32,000 nt of DNA, taken from assembly GCF_000179635.2 (NCBI RefSeq), contig NC_014833.1, forward strand, positions 1,680,001-1,712,000. The letters are read 5' to 3'. The notes under the pieces are model-generated. The model was not told where the DNA came from. It did not search any database and saw only the letters and a list, made by a program, of their open reading frames with translations. Positions 6,678 through 17,237 of this stretch are shown piece by piece (the first letter of the stretch is position 1; each line of letters starts with the position of its first letter). Source of the stretch: Ruminococcus albus 7 = DSM 20455 (GTDB taxonomy: Bacteria > Bacillota > Clostridia > Oscillospirales > Ruminococcaceae). The translations under genes and the position numbers were made by a program.

Positions 6678-8177
6678 TTTCTTCCCTCCATGGTAATAAT
6701 ATCGTCCCCGCAGGCTGTGAAAACAGCTCGGTCAGGTATTTCTCAGCATCAACACCGTTCGCCTGTGCAGTTGAAATGATCGAATACAGCGTTGCACTTG
6801 ATCTGGCTCCGTTTGCTGTATTTGAAAACAGCCAATTTTTTCGGCCTAACGCAAACGGTCTTATTGCGTTTTCGGCTCTGTTGTTGTCGATAGGCACGTC
6901 TCCGTTTTCAAGAAACGTGTAAAGATATTTCCGTTCATTCAACGCATATCTTACTGCATCTGTCAGCTTGCCCTTACCACTGACCTGAACATTTTCAAGC
7001 CACGCAAAAAACTCGTCAAGCAAAGGCTTTACCTTCACAAGGCGCTGTTTATATCTGTATTCTGTGGAGCTGTCGGCAAGCAGATTTTCTTCGTGATATA
7101 TCTTGTTGAAATATTCTACTGCCTTTGCCGCAACAGAAGTGCTGTGCAGCTTTTGGTCGTTCGGAAGAGCCTGAATAAAACCACGCCTTGCATGAGTCAT
7201 ACAGCCGCATCGCTTAGCACCCTCGACTGCATTGTAGGCATCGTATCCGTCACAGATAAGATAGCCGATAAATCCTTTCAGGAAATTCGAGGCGTGCTCA
7301 CCCTTTCGTGTCGGCTGATAATCGAAAATGATGATGCTCCTGTCATTCATTTTGCCGTTGCAGTAGACCCACATTCTTGATGTCGTGGTAGGCTTTCGGC
7401 CTTCCTCGTGAAGCACCTGAACGGTCGTTTCATCGGCATGGATCATCTGCCCTGCGATAAGCATCTCATGCATTTTCTCCACAATCGGCAAACACCATTT
7501 TTCGGCAGCAGTGCCTACCCAATTAGACATAGTCGCTTTGAGCAGAGGTATGTTTTTGGAATTAAAGTCCTTTTCCTGACGGTGCAGAGGTACTGACTTT
7601 GCATATTTTCGTAGATGATATGAGCCAGAAGTTCGGGAGAGCAATAGCTTCCCGGGATCATAGCGTGAGGATATGGCGCACGGATGATATGACAAGGTTC
7701 GTCCCTTTCTTCGGGCTTTTCTCCGCACTCGGGACACTTGTACTTATGTACTATATGCCTGCGGATATGATATTTTGGCGGCGTAAATATAAGTTCATCG
7801 TAAGCCTTTTCGGGAGTCAGTTCTTCCATTTCGGCGCCGCATATTTCGCATACCGGGTTGTCAATTTTGTGATGTTCTTCTTTTACAGGCAGATTGTTCA
7901 TCCATTCATCGTGAGTGCGTTTTTTCTTGCGCTTGTGTTCGGGAACAGTAATTGTTTCGGCAGATTTAGCTGCGGATTTTTCTTCATTGTTTCCGAACAT
8001 GGAAAGCTGAACACCGAACTCCTTTTCCATAACAACAGATGTCTGCTCTGTTTTTCTTCCGAATATCTGCTTTCTGAACCACGCTAACTGCTGATTGGCA
8101 AGTGCTAGTTCTTCCTTGAGAACAGCGTTTTCATTACGGAGCGATACAATTTCCGATGTCATATTTGGTTCGGACAT
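6667..8177 (-). pseudogene. tnpC: IS66 transposase TnpC, copy A, single frameshift
   Basis: The N-terminal frame (MSEPNMTSEIVSLRNENAVLKEEL..., zinc-ribbon CEICG...CPECG) and the C-terminal frame (...HADETTVQVL...DGYDAYN...NRAENAIRPFALGRKNWLF, DDE region) overlap. The shift maps to an A4 run (7606-7609, minus strand) that is A5 in copy B. RBS GGAGGGG lies before ATG 8177. Confidence 0.85.
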
Positions 8178-8269
8178 AAAGCACCCCTCCGTTCGTGATG
8201 ATACTTTAATGATACCACGAAAAGAGGGGCTTTTCAAGCACATATTCTGAATATTCGGTAAGTATTGCC

Positions 8270-8626
8270 TTAATACAGCGCCCCCGGCTTTCCCTCACGG
8301 ATAGCCTTCGGCTGCTCTATTTTCAAGCCTTCCAGAAGCCAGCGAATTTGCTGAGATGTGAGCATTACTGCTTCGGTCTCACTGCGCGGCCACTGGAATC
8401 TTCCGTTGTCAAGGCGCTTGTACAACAGCAGAAAACCATCGCCCTCCCACAGCAGACCTTTGATGCGGTCACAACGTCTGCCGCAGAACAAAAACAATGC
8501 TTTCGAGAACGGGTCAAGTCGAAGCTGAGCCTGAACGATAGTCGCAAGTCCGTCTATCCCGCGTCGAAGGTCGGTGTATCCCGTAACAAGATAGACCTGT
8601 GCGTCCGCTGCCAGATCATTCAGCAT
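8270..8626 (-). CDS. tnpB: IS66 accessory protein TnpB (Orf2), copy A, intact
   Basis: The 118-aa product is identical in sequence to the copy B product (16789-17145). It has the typical IS66 Orf2 size and position, overlapping the tnpA end. Confidence 0.85.
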   Translation of the reverse strand: MLNDLAADAQVYLVTGYTDLRRGIDGLATIVQAQLRLDPFSKALFLFCGRRCDRIKGLLWEGDGFLLLYKRLDNGRFQWPRSETEAVMLTSQQIRWLLEGLKIEQPKAIREGKPGALY

Positions 8627-8938
8627 AGCTCATGCACCAAAGCGGTCAGAGTGTCCGCAGATATATCTGCCGGAAGAGATATTTGAAGTCCGTTTTTCTC
8701 AATGCGGATATTTTCGTTTGAGCAAGGAACTGATACAGGAACGATGGTCGGAGAATTTTCGATATACTTTTCTACGAACTTTTCTTAGGCGGTTGTAATA
8801 CGTGTTTGGCTTGATCCCTTTTTCTTTGCACCATTCCCGGATCGTCAGACCGCTTGCCTGCTGTGCTTTGATCTGCGCAGACCATTCCTGAAGCTGCATT
8901 TCTTTTTTGATTGTTGTGATGGATGTTGTTTTGTCCAT
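8620..8938 (-). pseudogene. tnpA: IS66 TnpA (Orf1, HTH), copy A, frameshifted
   Basis: Same N-terminus as copy B (MDKTTSITTIKKEMQLQEWSAQIKAQQASGLTIREWCKE). An extra A at ~8773 (CGT-A-GAAAAG versus CGTGAAAAG in copy B) changes the frame and gives a premature stop at 8699. Confidence 0.75.
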
Positions 8939-9038
8939 ACCTGTTACCTCCTTGTCTAATCGTCTCCAATGAACTCCATGGATCAATTTGGATTATTCAA
9001 TTTACTTCATGGTGTTCCTTGGAGTTTATTATACTTTA

Positions 9039-9638
9039 TTAGACTTCGGTGGGGTAGGTGCTGGGGGTTATACGCTTACGTTCATACTCACGCACACGGC
9101 GGTAAAAGGTATTTGCCGACATATCCATTCTCCGCATAAAATCACGCCCCGTGATGTGCTTTGATTTCCATTCCCCATAGAGCTGCCCGAACCTCGTCCA
9201 GTCGGTGGGGATAGGCTTTCGCCCGGTGTACTTGCCCTGTGCCTTAGCGATCTCGATGCCCTCACGCTGTCGCTGTTTAAGCTGCTCACGCTCCAACTGA
9301 GAGAGTGCAGCGAACACAGTCAACATAAATTTACCCGCAGGCGTGTCGGTGTCAATTTTCTCCTTGTGGCTGATAAGGGTAACACCCTTTTCCGTCAGGG
9401 TGTCGATGATGTTCAGCAAGTCTTTCGTGGAGCGTCCGAGACGGCTGATGCTCTCGATATAGAGAGTATCGCCCTCACGCACATAGTCCAGCATAGCCCT
9501 GAGCTGAGGGCGGTCTGTGTTCGCTCCTGATAGCTTCTCGGAGAAGATGCGGTCAACCTGATAGTCGCACATGATCTCCTGCTGTCTTGCCGTCTCCTGA
9601 TGTTCGGTGGAAACTCTGATGTATCCGATTTTGCTCAT
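9039..9638 (-). CDS. Small serine recombinase (resolvase/invertase family) whose 3' end is replaced by the IS66 terminus
   Basis: MSKIGYIRVSTEHQ...RLGRS...C-terminal HTH. RBS AGGA lies 9 nt before ATG 9638; an alternative ATG at 9656 overlaps the relaxase stop. Codons after ...RRVREYE are encoded by the IS end (RKRITPSTYPTEV*). Removing the IS and one TSD copy restores ...REYELRHGITEQTSA* with its stop at 6032-6034, and the restored length (612 nt) is in frame. Confidence 0.85.
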   Translation of the reverse strand: MSKIGYIRVSTEHQETARQQEIMCDYQVDRIFSEKLSGANTDRPQLRAMLDYVREGDTLYIESISRLGRSTKDLLNIIDTLTEKGVTLISHKEKIDTDTPAGKFMLTVFAALSQLEREQLKQRQREGIEIAKAQGKYTGRKPIPTDWTRFGQLYGEWKSKHITGRDFMRRMDMSANTFYRRVREYERKRITPSTYPTEV

Positions 9639-9655
9639 GTTATCGTATCCTTTCA

Positions 9656-11332
9656 TTATTCCAGATAGTTTTTGTTTTTCTGCTGGGTGAGCTTCTTCTG
9701 CCTGTATTTCTCACGCTCACGCCTGTTGTGTTCTTCGTTCATATAGTTTCTGACCTGTCGGACATACTTCTTCGCTGTATCACGCTTGGTGACAAATGCC
9801 GTGTGTTCAGGGAGAAGACTGTTATACTTCGATTTCAGCTTGTTGGACTTCTCCAAAAGGTCAAGCATTGTCGGCGGTTTGCCGTCAACAAGATAGGGCT
9901 GTCTATGCTCCTTGATGTACTTGGCTGTTTCCTCATAATCCTCGATAGCGGCGGCGTTTTTCTTCTTGAAACGGCTCTGAAACCAGCCCGATTTGCCTTG
10001 ATACTCCTTGTAGACAGGTGCAAGCTCGTCACGGTGTTTCATCTTGGCGATAAGTGTGTCGATAGCTGTGTATTTCTTTTTCAGCTCCGCAAGTTCGTCC
10101 GTGTGGTCATCAGGGTGACCGCCCTTGTAAAAGAAACTCGCAAGCACATGATATGAAGTCACACCGCCCGATTCAAGGTCTGCGATAATTTCATTGGCTC
10201 TGCCCATACCACGAATCTCTGCCCACGGGTCGGCAGGTGGTGTTGCTTTCTTTTCTGCCTGCGCCTGCCTATCCTGCTCGTTGAGGATTTTGATATATTC
10301 CTCCTCGGTCATAACGCTGAGATTGCTTTCAGGTTCGTTCGCAACAGTTGTCGGTTTGGGTGCAGGAGTGATCTCGGCTGACCTCTCGTCAAGAAGTGCA
10401 AAGAATTCCTCGCTTGTGAGTCCTTTGCTCTTGGTTGGCTTAGTCGGTGCGGTAACTGTCGGTGTCGGCTCGGTCTTGGGTGTGACCGTAGGTTTGGGCG
10501 GTGCAACAGCCTTTTCGGGATTTTTCTTTTCAGCAAGCCTTTCCATAGCAGACTTTGCTTTCTGTATCTGCTCTATCTGCTCGGCTATTCGCTCTGCGGT
10601 GTAGTCTTCGCCCAGCGTTTCGGCTCTTGTGAATTTCTGCTGTCCCTCGCCCGAAAGTCTGAACTTCAGCTTGACTTTGTTCTGTGGCTTGTAAACATAC
10701 TCGATACCGCTTGCAGAACAATTGCGGAGAAAATCTGCAAAGTCCTTGCTGTAAAATGCGACTTCGGCAATCTTGGCTCGGAGTTTGTCTTTCCACGACT
10801 TGCCCTGCAACTGCATATCACGTTCAAAATGAGATACGCCTTTCGCTTTCGGTTCAATTACAGATATGCCGTGTTCCTTGCATAGCTCGTCCGAAATAGC
10901 CCGTAACTGCGCCCATGACCTGTCCTTTACCTTGCCTTGATTGTGTTCGTAGGTAAAACTAAGCCCGTTGTAGAGATTTGTGTTGTTGAAAATGATGTGA
11001 CAATGGGTATGGGACTTGTCTGTGTGAACGGCAAGCACATATTGATAGTTGCCTTGTAAGAAACGGTCGCACAATTCCTCTCCGATCTGCAAGGCTTGTT
11101 CGGGTGTCACTTCATCAGGAGCGAAACTCTGGACTATGTGGTGTGCGAGAATTTGTGTTCGTTCTGTGCCGCCTGCTCTGACGGCTCGGAAGTCGGCGGC
11201 AGCACCGATGCTGTCGGCTCGGCAGGAATAAGACTGCACATATAAGCCGTTGATGGTCTTATCACTTCGGGTGATGTAGTCAAGCGCCGCCCAGTCTGTT
11301 GCCTTGATTGAATGGATAGAAGTGTATGCCAA
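9656..11332 (-). CDS. Relaxase / mobilization nuclease (MobA/VirD2-type) with a Pro/Thr/Lys-rich linker and a long C-terminal region
   Basis: N-terminus MAYTSIHSIKATDWAALDYITRSDKT and the His triad motif VLAVHTDKSHTHCHIIFNNT. TTG start with an upstream GAGAGGGG. The gene sits directly downstream of the mobC-like gene. Confidence 0.85.
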   Translation of the reverse strand: MAYTSIHSIKATDWAALDYITRSDKTINGLYVQSYSCRADSIGAAADFRAVRAGGTERTQILAHHIVQSFAPDEVTPEQALQIGEELCDRFLQGNYQYVLAVHTDKSHTHCHIIFNNTNLYNGLSFTYEHNQGKVKDRSWAQLRAISDELCKEHGISVIEPKAKGVSHFERDMQLQGKSWKDKLRAKIAEVAFYSKDFADFLRNCSASGIEYVYKPQNKVKLKFRLSGEGQQKFTRAETLGEDYTAERIAEQIEQIQKAKSAMERLAEKKNPEKAVAPPKPTVTPKTEPTPTVTAPTKPTKSKGLTSEEFFALLDERSAEITPAPKPTTVANEPESNLSVMTEEEYIKILNEQDRQAQAEKKATPPADPWAEIRGMGRANEIIADLESGGVTSYHVLASFFYKGGHPDDHTDELAELKKKYTAIDTLIAKMKHRDELAPVYKEYQGKSGWFQSRFKKKNAAAIEDYEETAKYIKEHRQPYLVDGKPPTMLDLLEKSNKLKSKYNSLLPEHTAFVTKRDTAKKYVRQVRNYMNEEHNRREREKYRQKKLTQQKNKNYLE

Positions 11333-11805
11333 ATTTCATTAACCCCTCTCTTTATCTCGGTAATATCCTCGGCATAGATGTGACCTGTGCTGTAAAGTCG
11401 GACAAGTATCTGATTGATGTTCGCTCCGATACGCTTCATAAGCCTGTTGGTTTCAGCAATCTCGGTGCGGTCGGGTGTGAGATCAACCCTTGCACGAACA
11501 CAGTCACGGATATACTCCGTTTTGTTTTTATAGCCGTACTGCTCACACTTCGCAAGAATATCCTGCATTTCCGATTCCGTAAAGCGAACATTCAGCGTGT
11601 ATGACTTCTTCTCCCTCTTGCGTTTCAGGTACTTGCGTTCATCGTTGGAAAGCTCGTCCTCGGACTTGTGTGCAAGGGTATCGTCAAGCTCGGCTCTGAC
11701 CTCTTTGTCCAGAGCGTTGTTGATTGCTCCCTCATAGGTCATGCCCTCGAACTCCATAACCTTGCGTTTAGGCGGTCTGCCCCGCTTCTTTTTCTCGGTT
11801 TCCAT
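11134..11805 (-). CDS. mobC: MobC-type relaxosome accessory protein. The last ~60 codons overlap the relaxase gene and may not be genuine.
   Basis: RBS AAGGAGA before ATG 11805. MobC-like core: VRFTESEMQDILAKCEQYGY...RIGANINQILVRLYSTGH. The ORF runs 199 nt past the relaxase start (11332) in another frame. Confidence 0.7.
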   Translation of the reverse strand: METEKKKRGRPPKRKVMEFEGMTYEGAINNALDKEVRAELDDTLAHKSEDELSNDERKYLKRKREKKSYTLNVRFTESEMQDILAKCEQYGYKNKTEYIRDCVRARVDLTPDRTEIAETNRLMKRIGANINQILVRLYSTGHIYAEDITEIKRGVNEIWHTLLSIQSRQQTGRRLTTSPEVIRPSTAYMCSLIPAEPTASVLPPTSEPSEQAAQNEHKFSHTT

Positions 11806-11825
11806 AGTGGTGTCTCCTTTGTATT

Positions 11826-12200
11826 TATTTCGGCGTTAGCCGATTTTTCTGACCGCTTTGCGGTCATTTCGGGGCTTGGGGTGTCCCCAACAAGCATTGG
11901 TGGAATTTCGCTCGCTGTGCGGCGCATTCCACTATGCTTGTTATTTTTGTTGCGCTTAGGCGCATATTTTCTCGCCTGAGCGTTTCTCTCAGCTCAGGCT
12001 TTCGATGCTCCGTCATCGAATTTGGAGCGACAGCGACTTATCTACGACGCCGCTTTGGTCGGCGGTCATCTTCACTCACGCTCCTGCGTGATGTTCTCAA
12101 TATCATCATCTCCAAAATTGTAAACTGGCTCGGCGCAGTTTCAGCGCAATGATGGCGGCAATCTTGTGAAAAGTTTGCCGTTAAAATTTTCCCCATAACA
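11826..12200. other. Candidate oriT / divergent control region upstream of mobC
   Basis: A dense cluster of short inverted repeats in non-coding DNA: GACCGC-TTT-GCGGTC (~11850), TTGGGG-TG-TCCCCAA (~11875), GCGCTTAGGCGC (~11953), CCTGAGC...GCTCAGG (~11975-11998), TCGATG-CTCC-GTCATCGA (~12002). The position, upstream of mobC and the relaxase, is typical for an oriT. Confidence 0.4.
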
Positions 12201-12253
12201 ACTTGACGAACTCGAAAACTCTAATGGCGCACAAAGTTCATGCGCCCTGCGAA

Positions 12254-12283
12254 TAGACAGATAGTTCCGAAATTTGCTATAAT
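12254..12283 (+). promoter_or_regulatory. Promoter for ORF 12342-12740
   Basis: TAGACA (12254-12259), 18-nt spacer, TATAAT (12278-12283) with an extended -10 TGC immediately upstream. Confidence 0.5.
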
Positions 12284-12341
12284 ATTATCGTGGGGTTAAA
12301 TCAAATCCTGCGATACTCAAAACCGAAAAGAGGTGATGCGA

Positions 12342-12740
12342 ATGAGCAAGAAAGCTAAGAGTGAGGTCGCTGACAACTCTGCTGATGCTGTCATGGACGA
12401 AGTGCTGTCTGAGAATCAGGCAAAGCTCAACAAACTGAACAGTTCTATTCAGACAGCCTATGAGCGCCGCCGTAAGATTATTACGGACAGCAAACTCTAC
12501 ACCTACGATAAGCTCGCACAACTTTACGGCGGTGCTGAGGGGCAGGCACTTCTCGATGCTGTGACTGCGGAACATACGATGATCGGTAAGCTGACCAACA
12601 GCGGAATGTCCTACGCTGACATTGAGGGGCTGGTCGATAGCTCTGACGGTGCAGACAGCAAGTCGGGCAACAGCTCGGACAGTGATGTTGCTGACGGACA
12701 GACTTCCTTCTTTGAAAACGAAAATCCGTATACGGTTTAA
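12342..12740 (+). CDS. Hypothetical acidic protein with a coiled-coil-like N-terminus and a Ser/Asp-rich tail (132 aa)
   Basis: RBS AGAGGTG lies ~8 nt before ATG 12342 (MSKKAKSEV...). No family recognised. Confidence 0.6.
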   Translation: MSKKAKSEVADNSADAVMDEVLSENQAKLNKLNSSIQTAYERRRKIITDSKLYTYDKLAQLYGGAEGQALLDAVTAEHTMIGKLTNSGMSYADIEGLVDSSDGADSKSGNSSDSDVADGQTSFFENENPYTV

Positions 12741-12895
12741 TATAACCAACAACAAAACGATAGCTGTAAGGGACGGCAGCAATGCCGTTCCGCACGGCTA
12801 TAATCACAACCAACAACCATGAGGGTAAGAGATATAAAGCGAAGCCCTCAAACCAAAAGCATAGAAACAGACAAGCTAAAGGAGAAAAATTCGCT

Positions 12896-13099
12896 ATGAA
12901 TGAAACAACAACTGCCGCTGTTGCGGTATCGGGAAGTGTGTCCGAGTATCATATCGGGCATACGATTTACAGAGTGAAAACCGTCTTTAACCCAGCTTTT
13001 CGGCAAAGCCTGAGCGACATTCTCGCAAGGCTCATAACGGCTGACTGCGAGAAAATGCTCAGTGATAATGAACAGGAACAGGACAAGCAGGCTGTGTGA
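12896..13099 (+). CDS. Small TnpW-like transposon-encoded protein (67 aa)
   Basis: RBS AAAGGAGAAAA before ATG 12896. The motif IGHTIYRVKTVFNPAFRQSLSDILARLI resembles the IGxTxYxVxxxF...LxRLI pattern of TnpW-type proteins as I recall it (unverified). It lies directly upstream of the large serine recombinase. Confidence 0.5.
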   Translation: MNETTTAAVAVSGSVSEYHIGHTIYRVKTVFNPAFRQSLSDILARLITADCEKMLSDNEQEQDKQAV

Positions 13100-13118
13100 A
13101 ATTTTAGCTTGGTGCGTA

Positions 13119-14818
<1,700 letters not shown>

Positions 14819-14908
14819 AAAAAGGTCGCATAATGCCTATTTTATGCGACCTGAATTAAGGGAGAAAAAACTTCTATATCACCACTGTGCTTTGCCGCCG
14901 GGGGTGAA

Positions 14909-15439
14909 ATGACGGATGATGATATTGCAATTATCATGGATAAGCTGGAGATACTCATATCCCATTCTCCGATTTATATACGAGAAAGAGGACTGGATAC
15001 TCTATTTATGGCATCAAGGCTGGTCTCGGCGGATGATGGCAGCGATGAGTGTATATACGGACTCAGCGAAGATATCAATATCAAGATAGGAAAGCTTTCC
15101 GATAAACGTCATCACGCATACTATAAAGACTATCTTCAGGTAAGGAACTCCATGTACTGTGAGCCCGGGAAAGAATGGGATGCACAGAAGACCTGCCGTG
15201 ATTTTCAGCTGAGTTATGGTCATTTCCGTGCAACCTACAAAGATATTTTTGGTATAAGTTTTCATCAGGATCTGATCATGAGCCGTATCTCAATGGCGAA
15301 ATACCTTTTGCTGTCTACTGTAATAGGTATACCTGCGATATCTTTCAAATGCGGTTATACGGATGAAAAGTATTTCATGCGCCAGTTCCGCCGCTTAACG
15401 GGAAGTACACCGAACAGCTACCGTAACAGTACTATCTGA
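14909..15439 (+). CDS. Short AraC/XylS-family transcriptional regulator (176 aa; HTH domain only, no recognisable sensor domain)
   Basis: C-terminal double HTH: FQLSYGHFRATYKDIFGISFHQDLIMSRISMAKYLL...ISFKCGYTDEKYFMRQFRRLTGSTPNSYR. Confidence 0.75.
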   Translation: MTDDDIAIIMDKLEILISHSPIYIRERGLDTLFMASRLVSADDGSDECIYGLSEDINIKIGKLSDKRHHAYYKDYLQVRNSMYCEPGKEWDAQKTCRDFQLSYGHFRATYKDIFGISFHQDLIMSRISMAKYLLLSTVIGIPAISFKCGYTDEKYFMRQFRRLTGSTPNSYRNSTI

Positions 15440-15555
15440 TAATCAGTGGTCAAAAAAATGATCCCCTCGGAGTTTTACACGATCTCATTTTTCGTATAAA
15501 CTTTTAGGGGATCTTATCTATTCAGTCAGATATCGGTCGGAACGAATTGCGTTTT

Positions 15556-16152
15556 TCAGAGCCTTGCTCTGCTTTGCTCAGTCATTTTTTTCAGTCTGCC
15601 TTTTTCGACGATATATACTTTGTCAGCAAGCTTCATAAGGGGCTTGTCATTGAATGAATCGGTGTAGAAGCTGTCGATAGGGGTGTCACCGTAAATTTCT
15701 TTGTAGCGTCTGGCTTTGTTCTCACCGAAGTTGAAATATATCATTTCACGTTTGTCGGGGTCGATAACGCTGCTGAGTATATTATCATTACCTAGTTTGT
15801 CCCTTATGCCGTCAATAAGCATATCAGGACCTGCTGTTATAATAACATCGTTCTTGCTTATGCGCTTTATCATATTTTTATCCAGTCTGTGGCTGTTCTC
15901 TTTCCAGAAGCATTTTACAATATCAGCAGCTTCGTACTTGTCTTTGACAGCTATTTTCAGAAATTCGTTTATGCTTTGTTCTGCTTTTTCCTTGTCCACA
16001 AGACACATCTTGTACTTAGCCAGATTTATCAGTATCGATGGTACATACAGCAGTATCCTTTTGTTTCTGCGTATCATATAAAACGCAAGATCCACCGAAC
16101 TTTCGCCGTGGTATAGGGTGTTATCGAAATCAAATACTTTTATATCGTCCAC
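15556..16152 (-). CDS. HAD-superfamily hydrolase (HAD-IB-like)
   Basis: Motif I FDFDNTL near the N-terminus and motif IV TDSFNDKPL near the C-terminus. GTG start at 16152. Confidence 0.75.
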   Translation of the reverse strand: MDDIKVFDFDNTLYHGESSVDLAFYMIRRNKRILLYVPSILINLAKYKMCLVDKEKAEQSINEFLKIAVKDKYEAADIVKCFWKENSHRLDKNMIKRISKNDVIITAGPDMLIDGIRDKLGNDNILSSVIDPDKREMIYFNFGENKARRYKEIYGDTPIDSFYTDSFNDKPLMKLADKVYIVEKGRLKKMTEQSRARL

Positions 16153-16477
16153 AACCTTTCAGATCAGTATCAGTTATTCAAGCGGATAAGCAACTGAGTG
16201 ATCGTTATATCAGTTTACTAAGTTTGCCGTCCTTGGATAATTATACCACAATAATATCTTCAAGTAAAGTGTTTTGATGCGCGGGTTAACACGGTATCTT
16301 GGTACAGCTTTTTCTGCACATAAAAAAGCTCCGACAGTAAGCGTATAACCACACGCACCTACCTCACCAAAGTCTAATGAAGTATAATAAACTCCAAACA
16401 ACACCATGAAGTAAATTGAATAATCCAAATTGATCCATGGAGTTCATTGGAGACGATTAGACAAGGAGGTAACAGGT

Positions 16478-16795
16478 ATGGACAAAACAACATCCATCAC
16501 AACAATCAAAAAAGAAATGCAGCTTCAGGAATGGTCTGCGCAGATCAAAGCACAGCAGGCAAGCGGTCTGACGATCCGGGAATGGTGCAAAGAAAATGGG
16601 ATCAAGCCAAACACGTATTACAACCGCCTAAGAAAAGTGCGTGAAAAGTATATCGAAAATTCTCCGACCATCGTTCCTGTATCAGTTCCTTGCTCAAACG
16701 AAAATATCCGCATTGAGAAAAACGGACTTCAAATATCTCTTCCGGCAGATATATCTGCGGACACTCTGACCGCTTTGGTGCATGAGCTATGCTGA
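16478..16795 (+). CDS. tnpA: IS66 TnpA (Orf1, HTH), copy B, intact
   Basis: RBS AAGGAGG before ATG 16478. The stop overlaps the tnpB start (ATGCTGA). Confidence 0.85.
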   Translation: MDKTTSITTIKKEMQLQEWSAQIKAQQASGLTIREWCKENGIKPNTYYNRLRKVREKYIENSPTIVPVSVPCSNENIRIEKNGLQISLPADISADTLTALVHELC

Positions 16796-17145
16796 ATGAT
16801 CTGGCAGCGGACGCACAGGTCTATCTTGTTACGGGATACACCGACCTTCGACGCGGGATAGACGGACTTGCGACTATCGTTCAGGCTCAGCTTCGACTTG
16901 ACCCGTTCTCGAAAGCATTGTTTTTGTTCTGCGGCAGACGTTGTGACCGCATCAAAGGTCTGCTGTGGGAGGGCGATGGTTTTCTGCTGCTGTACAAGCG
17001 CCTTGACAACGGAAGATTTCAGTGGCCGCGCAGTGAAACAGAAGCTGTAATGCTCACATCTCAGCAAATTCGCTGGCTTTTAGAAGGTTTGAAGATCGAA
17101 CAGCCGAAAGCTATCCGTGAAGGAAAACCGGGCGCGCTGTATTAA
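16789..17145 (+). CDS. tnpB: IS66 TnpB (Orf2), copy B, intact
   Basis: 118 aa, protein identical to copy A. Nucleotide differences from copy A are synonymous and are confined to the 3' third. Confidence 0.85.
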   Translation: MLNDLAADAQVYLVTGYTDLRRGIDGLATIVQAQLRLDPFSKALFLFCGRRCDRIKGLLWEGDGFLLLYKRLDNGRFQWPRSETEAVMLTSQQIRWLLEGLKIEQPKAIREGKPGALY

Positions 17146-17237
17146 GGCAATACTTACCGAATATTCAGAATATGTGCTTGAAAAGCCCCTCTTTTCGTGG
17201 TATTATGGATGTATCATCACGAACGGAGGGTTGCTTT

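Larger units (their letters stand above)
6075..9079 (-). mobile_element. IS66-family insertion sequence, copy A (3005 bp): tnpA-tnpB-tnpC plus a passenger ORF. tnpA, tnpC and the passenger each appear frameshifted.
   Basis: Both ends start with the IS66 hallmark GTAAGCG: GTAAGCGTATAACCCCCC at 6075 and its reverse complement ending at 9079. Perfect 8-bp target-site duplication GTTCATAC at 6067-6074 and 9080-9087. Confidence 0.9.

Noticed and set aside
16210-16428. ORF 16210-16428 (-) upstream of the HAD gene
   Set aside because: It starts inside the IS66 left end and runs across the insertion junction (16336/16337), so it is an artefact of the insertion.
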